DNA of 64,000 bases from Candidatus Limnocylindrales bacterium (GCA_036508755.1 DATCGV010000081.1:67062-131061); one strand, 5' to 3'; positions 16,371-27,827 are shown, counted from the stretch's first letter. Translations and numbers: made by a program. The notes: generated from the sequence alone by a model not told the origin.

Positions 16371-18111
16371 ACGCGGAGTTGACCAGCCCGACGTGAGTCA
16401 GCGCCTGCGGGAAGTTGCCCAGCTGGCGTTTGGCCTCCGGATCCCACTCCTCGGCCAGCAATCCGACGTCGTTGCGCAGGCTGAGCAGCTGCTCGAAGAG
16501 GCGCGTCGCCTCGTCGATCTCGCCGATCAGCGATAGGTTGTCGATCAGCCAGAACGTGCACGGCAGGAAAGCGCCCTCGCCGGGTGGCAGGCCGTCGTCC
16601 GTCTTGTCGGTCTTGTAGCGCAGCACGAAGCCGTCGCGCACGAGCTCGTGCCTGATCGCGTCGATCGTGCCGCGCATGCGCGGGTCCGTCGCCGGCAGGA
16701 AATGGACGAGCGGAATCATGAGCAGGCTCGCGTCGAGCTCCTTGCCGCCATACGCCTGGACGAAACTGTTGCGCTCGCGGTCGAAGCCATTCGCGCACAC
16801 GTCGTCGTGGATCTGCTGGCGAACGCGGCGCCAGTCATCGACCGGACCGTCGAGGCCGAACTTCTCGACCGCGCCGACCGCGCGATCGACGGCGACCCAG
16901 GCGAGCACCTTGGAATGCGTGAACTGGCGCCTGGGGCCGCGCATCTCCCAGATGCCCTCGTCGGGCTCCTGCCAGTGCTCGATCACGAACTCGACCAGGT
17001 GTTTCTCGAGCGCCCAGGCGGTCTGATCTGACTCGATGCCGACACCACGAGCGAGGTGGAACGCATCGATCACTTCGCCAAAGACGTCGAGCTGAAACTG
17101 GTCGACGGCCGCGTTGCCGATGCGCACGGGCGCCGATCCGGCGTATCCGGGCAGCCAATCGAGAGTCTGCTCGATCAGGTGCGACTCGCCCGTCACCCCG
17201 TACAGCACCTGGAGTTGTTCCGGGTCGCCCGCCGCAGCGCGGAGCAGCCAGTTGCGCCACGCTCGAGCCTCGTCGCTGTAGCCACCGATGCTCAGCGCCC
17301 AGAGGGTGAACGCCGCGTCGCGCAGCCAGCAGTAGCGGTAGTCCCAGTTGCGGACGCCGCCCAGGTGCTCGGGCAGTGAGGTGGTCGGCGCGGCCACCAT
17401 GCCGCCGGTCGGGGCGAAAGTGAGTGCCTTGAGGACCATCAACGACCGACGCACGTCGTCCTGCCAGTCACCCTTGTAGGTCAGCCGATCACTCCAGCCG
17501 CGCCACCACTCGACTGTCGTTTCGAGCGCGCCACCGGCATGGGGCGGCTCGTGCGGTGGCTCGTAGGACGGGCTCCATGAGAGGACGAAGGAAGCGAACT
17601 GGCCCTCCTCGACGGCGAACTCGGCGACCGTCCGTGCATCCTCACCGTGCGTCTGGATATCAGTCCGGAGCATGACCGCGTCAGGCCCCGAGATGAACAT
17701 CAAGTCGCCGCCGACGCGTCGCGCCCATGGCACCATGCGGCCGTAGTCGAAGCGAACGATGAGCTCCATCTCGACCTCGACGCGGCCCTTGATGCCGTGC
17801 ACGAGGCGGATCACGTCGGGTTGCGACGTGCTCGGCGGCATGAAGTCGGTGACGCGCATCATGCCCGTCTCGGTCTGCCACTCCGTCTCGAGCACCAGTG
17901 CGCCGGGCACATAGCGCCGCCGCGTGGCCCGTTCCATGCCCTTGGCCGCGAGCCGCCAGCGGCCGTTGCGCGGGTCGCCCAGTAACGCGGCGAAGAAGGC
18001 CGACGAATCGAAGCGCGGCGCGCACAGCCAGTCGATCGAGCCGTCGATGCCGACCAGCGCTGCGGTCTGCGTGTCGCCGATGAGCGCGTAGTCCTCGATG
18101 CGCAGTTGCAC
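16315..18111 (-). CDS. glycoside hydrolase family 15 protein (glucoamylase/trehalase-like)
   Basis: N-terminus IEDYALIGDTQTAALVGIDGSIDWLCAPRFDS, then RNWDYRYCWLRDAAFTL and LLAEEWDP are typical of GH15. Confidence 0.85.
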   Translation of the reverse strand: MQLRIEDYALIGDTQTAALVGIDGSIDWLCAPRFDSSAFFAALLGDPRNGRWRLAAKGMERATRRRYVPGALVLETEWQTETGMMRVTDFMPPSTSQPDVIRLVHGIKGRVEVEMELIVRFDYGRMVPWARRVGGDLMFISGPDAVMLRTDIQTHGEDARTVAEFAVEEGQFASFVLSWSPSYEPPHEPPHAGGALETTVEWWRGWSDRLTYKGDWQDDVRRSLMVLKALTFAPTGGMVAAPTTSLPEHLGGVRNWDYRYCWLRDAAFTLWALSIGGYSDEARAWRNWLLRAAAGDPEQLQVLYGVTGESHLIEQTLDWLPGYAGSAPVRIGNAAVDQFQLDVFGEVIDAFHLARGVGIESDQTAWALEKHLVEFVIEHWQEPDEGIWEMRGPRRQFTHSKVLAWVAVDRAVGAVEKFGLDGPVDDWRRVRQQIHDDVCANGFDRERNSFVQAYGGKELDASLLMIPLVHFLPATDPRMRGTIDAIRHELVRDGFVLRYKTDKTDDGLPPGEGAFLPCTFWLIDNLSLIGEIDEATRLFEQLLSLRNDVGLLAEEWDPEAKRQLGNFPQALTHVGLVNSAFNLDRARRTRKKALHSAY

Positions 18112-18207
18112 GGCGCGAGGCTACGCCGCGGCCGTGGGGGCCGGTCAGTGGCTGGAGCACGGCGCTACTTGCAGATTCGTCGCGGCGCCAGGCCGCGACG
18201 GCAGGGA

Positions 18208-19479
<1,272 letters not shown>

Positions 19480-19533
19480 ACGTTGGTTTCCTCTCGATGA
19501 ACGGAGTATGCAGGACTCAGGCGGTTCACGTTT

Positions 19534-20628
19534 TCACGCCTCGCCACGGCGCCACTGCCAGAACCAGTAGGCCGGCGCGATGAAGACCCGATCGAACGCG
19601 GGCAGGGTGCGCACGACGTGCCCGCCCCAGCCCTTCTTGAAGCGGTAGACGCCGTCGAGTGGATCGCTCTGAGCGGCCTTTTCGAGCGCGGTGAGCTCAT
19701 CGGGCGGCATCGAGTTACTGGCCGTGGCCAGCTCGTGGCGGCCGCGCGCGTCGGCGATGCCCCACAGGTCCCACGTCCGTGCCCCGCGCTCCTTTGCCCA
19801 GCGGATGGCATGCCACTGCAGCAGGTGCGCGGCGCGATGCTCGAGGCCGAGCGAGTTCGAGCCGGCCGCAAGGTATGTCCCGTGGCGGCCCCAGGCGAGC
19901 ACGAGCGAAGCGGCGATCGGCTGACCATTGAGCTCGGCGATCTGGAGGCGCGCCGCGTCGCCGAACGCGTGCAGCAACAGCCGGTAATAGCCCGCGCTGT
20001 GGAAGCCGAAGCTCTTGCGCTGGTTGGTTGCGACGAGCATCTGGTGCAGCACGTCCGCGTCGGCTTCGGGCGCGCCGACACGCATCACGACTCCGTCGCG
20101 CTCGGCGCGCCGGATATCCGCCCTGTGGCCCTTCGAGAACGCAGCCATGAGCTGCTCGTCGGTGGGCGCCAGGTCGAGCCTGATCGTCGAGCGTGGCTGG
20201 AGAGTCCGCTCGGATGTCTTGAAGCCGAGCTGGCGCAGGCTGGCGCGCAGAGAGTCGGAGCCCGGGCTGTCCTCGAGGACGTCCGGCTCGAAACGCAGGA
20301 AGGCCGCGCGCTGCGAGCGCGCCACCCGGACCAGTTCGCGGATCAGCGCCTGGTCGCGGCGCGCGTCTCCGGAGAGCACGGGGCCGCGCGGCACATAGGC
20401 CACGGCCAAGCCGCGGTAGGGCCGGATCAGGAGTTGTGCGGCCGCGCTCTTGTCGCGTGCCGCGAGGCGCACAGGCCGCCAGCCGAAGTGCGACTTGAGC
20501 TCGCCCCAGCCCCACGACTGGAATGGCTGTCCGCCGAGGCCGGCGACGAGGTCATCCCACGCCGCGTGGTCGTCGACAGGGACGACAGCTGTGGAATCGG
20601 TCGCCGATTCGCCCGCTGTCACCGTCAT
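19534..20628 (-). CDS. FemAB-family peptidoglycan interpeptide-bridge aminoacyltransferase-like protein
   Basis: FQSWGWGELKSHFGWRPVRL, AGYYRLL, AAHLLQWHAIRWAKERGARTWDLWGI. Start taken at the ATG at 20628 (MTVTAGES); the track start is 20679. Confidence 0.75.
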   Translation of the reverse strand: MTVTAGESATDSTAVVPVDDHAAWDDLVAGLGGQPFQSWGWGELKSHFGWRPVRLAARDKSAAAQLLIRPYRGLAVAYVPRGPVLSGDARRDQALIRELVRVARSQRAAFLRFEPDVLEDSPGSDSLRASLRQLGFKTSERTLQPRSTIRLDLAPTDEQLMAAFSKGHRADIRRAERDGVVMRVGAPEADADVLHQMLVATNQRKSFGFHSAGYYRLLLHAFGDAARLQIAELNGQPIAASLVLAWGRHGTYLAAGSNSLGLEHRAAHLLQWHAIRWAKERGARTWDLWGIADARGRHELATASNSMPPDELTALEKAAQSDPLDGVYRFKKGWGGHVVRTLPAFDRVFIAPAYWFWQWRRGEA

Positions 20629-20651
20629 CACGCCCGATTGTGACCGGGCGA

Positions 20652-20846
20652 TCAGTGCAGCGCTCGACGCGCTCCGCATATCGGGCAGGTCGCGCTGGCG
20701 CCGGACGGATCCGGCAGGAGGAACGTGGCGCAGCCGTTCGTGGAACAGAATAGGCGGCTGCCGCCGGCCGATGTGCGCCGGATGCGCCGTCGCGCAGACG
20801 CATGCTGGCTGAAACTGCTATGAGTGTATTGAGACCGTAGTTGCAT
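20652..20846 (-). CDS. possible 64-aa four-Cys zinc-ribbon protein
   Basis: The C-terminal half RLFCSTNGCATFLLPDPSGASATCPICGA has two Cys pairs and high GC3, and ends 23 nt before the FemAB start. The N-terminal codons are AT-rich and the start is uncertain. Confidence 0.4.
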   Translation of the reverse strand: MQLRSQYTHSSFSQHASARRRIRRTSAGGSRLFCSTNGCATFLLPDPSGASATCPICGARRALH

Positions 20847-21089
20847 AGAGTTGAACCAAGAAACCTTCTGTGGGGCCTGCCGGCTCGTACGTATCGTGGC
20901 GCCGGCGGCTATTTGCTTCAGCTCCACGACGCTTCCTTTACCTGCGTCGGAGCTTATGACCCAATCGGGGCCGCGGGAGCGAGGCTTTGATGCTCAGACC
21001 TGCGGTTCTCTCCGGTTGTCGGATGTCATTCTAGTCGAGTCCGGCGATTCGCCTCTCCGGTACGTTTGGCCCGACGTTCGAGCCGTTTG

Positions 21090-21666
21090 TCATTTTGCGC
21101 CAGACGCGCCGCGCTGGGCGGCCTTGTGAGCACGTTTGCCGGCCTGGTACTCGGCGAGCGTGGCCGGGGAGTCGACGTCGCCCAGGCTCGGATGGCGGGG
21201 CGCCACGTCCTCCCAGCCCGGCGGCTTGACGCCGAAACGCCTACCCACGATGGCGATGATCGTCTTGGCCTTCATCTCGCCGATACCCGGCAGAGCCAGC
21301 AGGCGCTGCTCGAGGTCCTGTCCCGTCCGCGCCTCGGTCCACACGCGGCCGGCGTTGCCGTCGTAATCGCGCGCCAGCGCCGCACACAGCTCCTGTGTGC
21401 GGCGAGCCATGCTGCCCGGGAAGCGATGCAACGCCGGCCGCTCCCGGAACGCCTGCTCCAGCTTCGACGGATCCATCGCCGCGATCTTGCCCGGATCGAG
21501 CGTGCCGATCCGCTTGCGCAGCTCCAACGGCCCGGAGAAGGCCTTCTGGAGCGGCACCTGCTGGTCGAGTACGAAGCCCGATCAGCAGCGCATTGGGATC
21601 AGTTTCGAGGAGACGATCTGCTCCGTCGTTGCCCGTGAACGGGAGCAGCGGCGTCTGGTTGGCCAT
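21090..21666 (-). pseudogene. HhH-GPD-type base-excision DNA repair family gene interrupted by a +1 frameshift
   Basis: The frame from the ATG at 21666 gives MANQTPLLPFTGNDGADRLLETDPNALLIG and then nonsense. A second frame continues FVLDQQVPLQKAFSGPLELRKRIG..PALHRFPGSMARRTQELC..LLALPGIGEMKAKT. Removing one C from the CCC run at 21577-21579 (GGG on the coding strand) joins them. Confidence 0.75.
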
Positions 21667-21755
21667 CGGTCAGATCTTATCGGGTGAGTTCGCCTCGGCG
21701 GCGCGCACGGCAGTCATACTTTCGGAAGGCGGCAGAAGCGTAGGGAGAATTACAC

Positions 21756-22373
21756 ATGGCACGTGACGAAGCGCGCACGGCGCGCGCCGCGCAGGAACCA
21801 ATCGTCGGCGGACTCCCCGATGCACCCGGGATCATCACCGCGCTGACCCTCACGCCGGGCCTGGGCATTCACCTGCGCGGCCTGGCCGACGAGCTGCTCG
21901 TCAACGACCACCCGGGGGCGACCCTCACGCGCGCTGAGCGCGAGATGCTCGCGACGGCGACGTCGGCCGGCAACGCCTGCTTCTACTGCATGGACTCGCA
22001 CGGTGCGTATGCGAGCGAGCTGCTTGCCCGGTCGGGACACCAGGATCTCGTGCCTGTCGTGGGCGGCATCAAGCGTGGCTCGTCAGACGGCGTGTCGAGC
22101 AAGATGCAGGCGCTCCTGCACATCTCCAGGACGGTCGCCCGTGATCCGTTCGATCTGACCGCGACCGACACCCAGGCCGCACTAGATGCCGGCGCCACCG
22201 ACGGCGACGTGCAGCTGGCGGTGCTCATTGCTGCCGCCTTCTGCATGTACAACCGGATCGTCGAGGGCTTCCGCGCGCGCACCTTGCCCACGGAGGAGGC
22301 CTATCGCGGCCGCGCGGCGCAGATTGCCGAGTTCGGTTACAGCTCGCGCCAGGTCACGTCCATTCCGGGTTGA
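21756..22373 (+). CDS. AhpD-like / carboxymuconolactone decarboxylase family peroxidase-related protein
   Basis: The CFYCMDSH (CxxCxxxH) motif sits in a helical protein of 205 aa. AGGGAGA lies upstream of the ATG. Confidence 0.75.
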   Translation: MARDEARTARAAQEPIVGGLPDAPGIITALTLTPGLGIHLRGLADELLVNDHPGATLTRAEREMLATATSAGNACFYCMDSHGAYASELLARSGHQDLVPVVGGIKRGSSDGVSSKMQALLHISRTVARDPFDLTATDTQAALDAGATDGDVQLAVLIAAAFCMYNRIVEGFRARTLPTEEAYRGRAAQIAEFGYSSRQVTSIPG

Positions 22374-22394
22374 GCGTGTCGACGCCTTGACCGC

Positions 22395-22976
22395 TCAGAT
22401 GCGGCCGAGGAAGTCGAGCACCCGCGTCATGAGCAGCGCCGTGGCGTCGGGGTCGTACGACGGGAGGGAGCTGTCGGCGAAGTAGTGCTGGTCGCCCGGG
22501 TACAGGAACAGCTCCGCGTCGTGGACGGTCGCGACAATCTCGCGGGCGGCGTCGATGTCACCCTCGTCGACGAAGATCGGGTCGTGGTCGGCGCCATGGA
22601 TCTGGACCGGCACGCCGTCCGGCCAAGGCCCGAATGCCCACTCCCCGCTGATCGGGATGCACGAATAGAACAGGAGCGCACCGCGCGCGCCCGGTCGCGT
22701 CTGGGCAAGCTGCTGGGCGATCGTCACGCCGAACGAGAAGCCGGCATAGACGAGCTCGGCCGGCAACTCGTCGGCAGTGCGGATGCCGCGCTCGCGGAGC
22801 GCGTCGAAGTCCTGGGCGTTGATGAAGGCCATGCCCTCGGCGATCGAGTCGAACGTCCGGCCGTCGAACAGGTCGGGCACGTGGACGGTGTGACCCGCGG
22901 CGCGCAGCTCGTCGGCGAAGGCCGTGATGCCGGGCGTCATGCCCTGAGCGTGGTGGAAGAGCAGGACATCGGCCAT
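22395..22976 (-). CDS. dienelactone hydrolase family protein
   Basis: MADVLLFHHAQGMTPG.., GFSFGV nucleophile-elbow-like segment, IHGADHDP and YPGDQHYF near the C-terminus. Confidence 0.75.
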   Translation of the reverse strand: MADVLLFHHAQGMTPGITAFADELRAAGHTVHVPDLFDGRTFDSIAEGMAFINAQDFDALRERGIRTADELPAELVYAGFSFGVTIAQQLAQTRPGARGALLFYSCIPISGEWAFGPWPDGVPVQIHGADHDPIFVDEGDIDAAREIVATVHDAELFLYPGDQHYFADSSLPSYDPDATALLMTRVLDFLGRI

Positions 22977-23008
22977 CGATACCTCCAGGGATCGGGTCTT
23001 GGGGACGA

Positions 23009-23701
23009 TCAGCGAGCGGCTGGTGCCGAACCAGCAGCGTCCGAGCGTGCATTGACGCCCAAGCCGACCGGGCAGGAGACGCCCGTCGACTGGTCGGGGC
23101 AGTAGCCCGCCGGATTCTTGGCCAGATACTGCTGGTGGTAGTCCTCGGCGAAATAGAACTCGGGCGCCTCGACGATGTCGGTCGTGATGTGTCCGTAGCC
23201 CGCCTTCGTCAGCTCGCGTTGGTAGGCATCGCGCGAGGCCTCGGCGGTTCGCTTCTGGTCGGGGCCATACGTGTAGATCGCCGAGCGGTACTGGGTGCCC
23301 GTGTCGTTGCCCTGGCGCATGCCCTGGGTCGGGTCGTGCTCCTCCCAGAAGTGCGTGAGCAACTCTTCATACGAGACCTTGCTCGGGTCGCAGATCACGC
23401 GTACGACCTCGGCCTGGCCGGTCTTGCCTGAGCAGACCTCCTCGTACGTGGGATTCGGCGTGTAGCCGCCGGCATAGCCGACGGCCGTGGCGACCACGCC
23501 GGGCACGTTCCAGAACGTCTTCTCGACGCCCCAGAAGCAGCCCGCCGCGAACATTGCGATCTGCGTGCCGTCGGGGTAAGGCGGGGTGATCTTCGCGCCG
23601 TTGACGAAGTGATTTTCGGTAACTCGTATTGCCGTCGAGCGGCCGGGGAGCGCGGCGCCCGGCTCGGGCATCTTCATCTTGTCGCGGTTGAACAGGAACA
23701 C
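23009..23701 (-). CDS. msrA: peptide-methionine (S)-S-oxide reductase
   Basis: [44 protein letters not shown], and [14 protein letters not shown] at 23701 after GGAGG; the track start at 23794 is trimmed. Confidence 0.92.
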   Translation of the reverse strand: MFLFNRDKMKMPEPGAALPGRSTAIRVTENHFVNGAKITPPYPDGTQIAMFAAGCFWGVEKTFWNVPGVVATAVGYAGGYTPNPTYEEVCSGKTGQAEVVRVICDPSKVSYEELLTHFWEEHDPTQGMRQGNDTGTQYRSAIYTYGPDQKRTAEASRDAYQRELTKAGYGHITTDIVEAPEFYFAEDYHQQYLAKNPAGYCPDQSTGVSCPVGLGVNARSDAAGSAPAAR

Positions 23702-23827
23702 TTGAGAGCCTCCGATCGTTGGTCCTTCCAGTCTAGGTACGCCGCATTGACCCGCTCGGATCTGACCATGGCTGGCTGCCGATAGGCCCAGCACGCGCCA
23801 GCCGCGCCTGCCAAACTTGGCCTTGCC

Positions 23828-24586
23828 GTGTCAAAAGGGGATAACGGGTTGCGCGTTACCCGCGCTTTTCGTTCGCCTGCCGCCATCCTGGTCGCGTTCG
23901 GTTTTGCGCTGCTCGGCGCCGCCACACCCACCGTGGCCGCCAAGCCACAGGCGTTGGAGGGCATCGACGTCTCGCATTACCAACCGCAACTTGATTGGAG
24001 CAAGGTGCAGCACGCCGGCGTCAGCTTCGTAATCGCCAAGGCGACCGAGGGACGCACGTTCGTCGACCCGCATTACGCGACCTACAAGAAGCAGGCCGAG
24101 GCGCAGCGCTTGGCCTTCACCGCCTACCACTTTGCACGTCCCAACAAGTCCGCTGGAGATGCCGTCGCCGAGGCGGATGCATTCTTGGCCGCGGCCCAGC
24201 TCAATGGACGCGATCTCGTGCCCGTGCTCGACCTGGAGGACAACGGAGGACTGGGCGTGCGCCGGCTGAAGCTCTGGACGAAGGACTGGCTGGACGAGGT
24301 CCAGGCCAAGTTGGGCGTCAAGGCGATCATCTACGCGTCCCCGGCCTTCTGGAGGTCGAAGCTGGGCAACAGCCAGTGGTTCGCGGCCAATGGTTACCGG
24401 CTGTGGATCGCCGATTGGACGACGGCCAGCGCGCCGACGGTTCCGGCCGGCGACTGGGGCGGCAAGGGCTGGACGTTCTGGCAGTACGACAACTGCGGCT
24501 CGGTCGCCGGCATCAAGGGCTGCGTGGATCGTGACCGATATGACGGCACCGGGCTGGCCCCGCTCAGGATCAGGAACAACCGCTGA
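23828..24586 (+). CDS. secreted GH25 muramidase (lysozyme)
   Basis: Signal peptide ..[19 protein letters not shown], then [37 protein letters not shown] and [21 protein letters not shown]. Confidence 0.88.
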   Translation: MSKGDNGLRVTRAFRSPAAILVAFGFALLGAATPTVAAKPQALEGIDVSHYQPQLDWSKVQHAGVSFVIAKATEGRTFVDPHYATYKKQAEAQRLAFTAYHFARPNKSAGDAVAEADAFLAAAQLNGRDLVPVLDLEDNGGLGVRRLKLWTKDWLDEVQAKLGVKAIIYASPAFWRSKLGNSQWFAANGYRLWIADWTTASAPTVPAGDWGGKGWTFWQYDNCGSVAGIKGCVDRDRYDGTGLAPLRIRNNR

Positions 24587-24603
24587 TGGTCTGTGCCGAT
24601 TGG

Positions 24604-24885
24604 TCACCAGGGGTCGGGATTCGGCTTTCCGCGGGGCGGGTCGAAGAAGATGGCAACGCGCCGATCGGGAGCGTCCTCGTCCGGCGCCTGGAGCTGGAAC
24701 GCGGCGCCAAATCGGTCGCGCAGTCCGACGCGCAGGTCATGCACCGTCCGGTTCGTCAACGCCACGTCGGCGACGTCCTGGGCGCGCTCGGCGACGACTG
24801 GCGACGGCCAGAACCGCGCGTAGACGTGGATCGCCTCGTAGCCGTCCGCGGCCCACGCGATGCGCACCGAGCCGTCGCTTTCCAT
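24604..24885 (-). CDS. hypothetical protein (93 aa)
   Basis: MESDGSVRIAWAADGYEAIHVYARFW..RRVAIFFDPPRGKPNPDPW. Very high GC3 and a normal amino-acid mix. It occupies the gap between the GH25 gene and the first M14 gene. No family recognised. Confidence 0.55.
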   Translation of the reverse strand: MESDGSVRIAWAADGYEAIHVYARFWPSPVVAERAQDVADVALTNRTVHDLRVGLRDRFGAAFQLQAPDEDAPDRRVAIFFDPPRGKPNPDPW

Positions 24886-25001
24886 CCTGCAATTCTGCCC
24901 GGGCCGGTACGAATGGGCGTGTTGTCGCCCGAGCCCGGTCGAACCGACGATGGCCGTCTGCCGTGGACGACCAAATAACGAGTCAAAGGGAGAAGGCCTT
25001 G

Positions 25002-26117
25002 ATGAAACTGCGCGGCCGCTTGAGTCTCGGTCTTGTCATTCCCATCGTTGCCGTCGCCGGCCTTTTGCTGGGCGCGGCGCCGGTCACGGCAACAGCGCCG
25101 GCGGATCCTGCGGATTTCCCCGCGGGCTATACCGGCTACCACACGTACGCCGAGATGCTCTCCCAGATGCGGGCGACCGTCAGCGCCCACCCGTCGATTG
25201 CCAAGCTGTACGACCTGGGCTCGACCTTCCAGGGCAACCACGAGATGTGGGCGCTCAAGATCAGCGACAACGTCGGCCGCGACGAAGCCGAGCCCGAGGT
25301 GCTGGTCGAGTGCAACATGCACGCACGGGAGCACATCACGACCGAGATGTGCCTCTACCTGACCCAGCTGCTGACCAACAACTACGGCAAAGCGGGCGCC
25401 GTCGGCCGGCAGGTGACGAAGATCGTCAAGTCGACCGAGATCTGGATCATTCCCATGGTCAATCCGGATGGCTCGATGTACGACATCAGCAACGGCGCCT
25501 TCCAGGGCTGGCGCAAGAACCGGCAGACGTTTGACTACTCGAACAAGGTCGGGATCGATCTGAACCGCGACTGGAGCTACATGTGGGGCTGCTGCGGCGG
25601 GTCGAGCGCCAACCCCGGCTCCGCCCGCTATCGGGGCAACGCACCATTCCAGGCGACCGAGGACCAGCTCCTGCGCAACTTCATCCTCAGCCGGCGAATC
25701 AATGGCGTTCAGCAGATCAGCGAGGTGCTCAACATCCATTCATATGGCGAGCACGTCCTCTATCCCTATGGCTACACGAAGACGGCCGTGCCTGCGGACA
25801 TGACCCAGGACGACCATGCCACGTTCGTGGCCATGGCCCGGCAGATGGCGTCGCTCAACGGCTACCACGCGATGCAGGGCAGCCACATGTACATCTACGA
25901 CGGCGACTTCATCGACTGGGTCTACGGTGACCAGCACATCTTTGGCTTCACCTGGGAGATGTACCCGAAGTGGGGCTGCCAGTGCGGCGGCTTCCATCCA
26001 CCGGACACTGTCCTGAGCCGGGAGACGACGCGCAATCGTGATGCCGCGCTCTACTTCTTCGCGCAGGCAGGGTGCCCATATGGCGCGGCCGGCCTCGCGG
26101 GCAAGTACTGCAGCTAG
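25002..26117 (+). CDS. secreted M14 zinc carboxypeptidase
   Basis: ATG after AAAGGGAGAAGG. Signal peptide LVIPIVAVAGLLLGAAPVTA, then YHTYAEM, NMHAREHIT (HxxE), PMVNPDG, DLNRDW, HSYGEHVLYPYGY and TWEMYP. The track start at 24390 is an upstream read-through. Confidence 0.88.
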   Translation: MKLRGRLSLGLVIPIVAVAGLLLGAAPVTATAPADPADFPAGYTGYHTYAEMLSQMRATVSAHPSIAKLYDLGSTFQGNHEMWALKISDNVGRDEAEPEVLVECNMHAREHITTEMCLYLTQLLTNNYGKAGAVGRQVTKIVKSTEIWIIPMVNPDGSMYDISNGAFQGWRKNRQTFDYSNKVGIDLNRDWSYMWGCCGGSSANPGSARYRGNAPFQATEDQLLRNFILSRRINGVQQISEVLNIHSYGEHVLYPYGYTKTAVPADMTQDDHATFVAMARQMASLNGYHAMQGSHMYIYDGDFIDWVYGDQHIFGFTWEMYPKWGCQCGGFHPPDTVLSRETTRNRDAALYFFAQAGCPYGAAGLAGKYCS

Positions 26118-27791
26118 GTGAGTCTCGTCGTCGTCCAGCTCAGGCTTGGCCGCGCGCTCGGCCTTGCCGCGCTCATCATGGGCGGCGCGTTGAGTGTCCT
26201 CTCCGGCGCCGCCCCGGCGCGCGCCGCGGTGCCCCAGGATTTCCCCTCTGGCTACGAGGGCTACCACAACTACGCCGAGATGGTCGCCGACATCGACGCC
26301 GAGGTCGCTGCCCATCCAAAGATCATCAAGAAATTCTCGATCGGCAAGAGCTACGAGGGCCGTGACATCTGGGCGGTCAAGATCAGCGCCAACGTCAACT
26401 TTGACGCAAGCGAGCCAGAGGTCCTCTTCGAGGCCATGCACCACGCACGGGAGCATCTGGCCGGCGAGGAGGCGCTCCACCTGATCCACCTGCTCGTCGA
26501 CAATTACCGATCCAAACCCGCCAACCAGACGACGGACCTCCAGCGGCGCGTGTCCGCAATCGTCAAGTCGCGCGAGATCTTCATCGTGCCGATGGTCAAC
26601 CCCGACGGCGCGGAGTACGACATCTCGAGCGGCACCGGCTTCAAGGACTGGCGCAAGAACCGCCAGCCGACTCCGGGCAGCAGCCAGATCGGCACCGACC
26701 TCAATCGCAACTGGGGCTACAAGTGGGGCTGCTGTGGCGGTTCGTCAAGCAAGCCCGGCAACATCACATATCGCGGGCCACAACCATGGTCCGCGCCCGA
26801 GGTTCGGGCTCTGCGCGACTTTGTCCTGAGCCGCGTGGTCAACGGCCGACAGCAGATCACCGAAGCCATCTCGTGGCACACGTTCAACGAGCAGGTCATG
26901 TGGCCTTATGGCTACACCAAGGCCGACCTGCCACGGACGATGACCGCCGACGACCTGGCGGCATTCCAGGCGCTTGGGACGCAGATGGCCGACCGCAATG
27001 GCTACACGGCGCAGCAGCTGTCGGACCTGTACATCACCGACGGCGACGCGACCGACTGGTTCTACGGCGACCAGCGCATCTTCGCCTTCACGATCGAGAT
27101 GTACCCGACCGACGCCGTCCCGGAGCCACGCGGCTTCTATCCACCCGTCTCGGTCATCGATCGCGAGACGACGCGCAACGACGACGCGGTGCTCTACTTC
27201 CTGGAGCAGGCCGGTTGTCCGTACGCCGTCGCCGGCCTGGGCACGACCGACTGTGGACCGCTGTACGACGACTTCGAGACGGCGCGCGGCTGGACAGTCA
27301 ATCCCTACGGCACCGACACCGCGACCAAAGGCGCCTTCCAGCGCGCCATCCCGCAGCAGAGCGCCGATTCGAGCGGCGTCAAGCAGCTCGCCTACGGCTA
27401 CAGCGGTCAGGCCGCGCTCGTGACCGGCGCCAAGGCCGGCGCCACGGCTAACGCGGACGATCTCGATGGCGGCGTCACCTCCGCGCTCTCGCCGCCGGTC
27501 CGGCTGGGCAAGTCCGGAACGACGGGCTGGACGCTCGACTTCCGCTACGCGTTTGCCCACGATGCCCGCTCTACCGCGGCCGACTACCTGCGCGTCAGCG
27601 TCAACGGCACGAACGTGTTCGAGGCGGACGGCAGCGCCACGAACGTAAACGCGGCATGGACCGAACAGACGGTCAACCTCGACGCGTTTGCCGGGCAGCA
27701 GGTGCACGTGCTCGTCCAGGCGGCCGACGGCGGTCCGGATTCGCTCGTCGAGGCGGCCGTGGACGACGTCCGCATCTACCAGGCGCCGTAG
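26118..27791 (+). CDS. secreted M14 zinc carboxypeptidase paralog with ~170-aa C-terminal beta-rich extension
   Basis: The GTG immediately follows the upstream TAG. It has the same motif order as the upstream gene ([35 protein letters not shown]) plus the tail ..[40 protein letters not shown]. Confidence 0.88.
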   Translation: MSLVVVQLRLGRALGLAALIMGGALSVLSGAAPARAAVPQDFPSGYEGYHNYAEMVADIDAEVAAHPKIIKKFSIGKSYEGRDIWAVKISANVNFDASEPEVLFEAMHHAREHLAGEEALHLIHLLVDNYRSKPANQTTDLQRRVSAIVKSREIFIVPMVNPDGAEYDISSGTGFKDWRKNRQPTPGSSQIGTDLNRNWGYKWGCCGGSSSKPGNITYRGPQPWSAPEVRALRDFVLSRVVNGRQQITEAISWHTFNEQVMWPYGYTKADLPRTMTADDLAAFQALGTQMADRNGYTAQQLSDLYITDGDATDWFYGDQRIFAFTIEMYPTDAVPEPRGFYPPVSVIDRETTRNDDAVLYFLEQAGCPYAVAGLGTTDCGPLYDDFETARGWTVNPYGTDTATKGAFQRAIPQQSADSSGVKQLAYGYSGQAALVTGAKAGATANADDLDGGVTSALSPPVRLGKSGTTGWTLDFRYAFAHDARSTAADYLRVSVNGTNVFEADGSATNVNAAWTEQTVNLDAFAGQQVHVLVQAADGGPDSLVEAAVDDVRIYQAP

Positions 27792-27796
27792 TCATC

Positions 27797-27827
27797 CGGC
27801 GCCCCCGGCGCCGCCGGGCGCCGTTTT
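27797..27827 (+). terminator. rho-independent terminator after the M14 pair
   Basis: CGGCGCCC (27797-27804), an 11-nt loop, GGGCGCCG (27816-27823), then TTTT. It starts 6 nt after the stop codon. Confidence 0.7.

Noticed and set aside
19618-20643. 341-aa ORF antisense to FemAB. Similar antisense or out-of-frame ORFs occur at 24756-25739, 26745-27707, 31300-32466, 56292-57371 and 56732-57628
   Set aside because: All overlap genes with clear family signatures on the other strand or frame, and all show skewed R/A/P/G composition.
20847-21089. Non-coding RNA gene (tRNA, SRP, RNase P, tmRNA, 6S) in the low-GC gap
   Set aside because: I could not find a cloverleaf with a T-loop, an SRP domain IV motif, the RNase P GGAAAGTCC-type core or tmRNA ends on either strand. 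The gap is probably terminator plus promoter sequence.
24390-25001. Upstream in-frame extensions of track ORFs. Examples: M14 from 24390, NagZ-like to 33381, binding protein to 36677, hemL to 46552, pepN from 12915
   Set aside because: The extensions are Arg/Pro-rich and overlap neighbouring real genes. Internal starts have Shine-Dalgarno sequences, signal peptides or 4-nt coupling with the upstream stop, and give normal protein N-termini.
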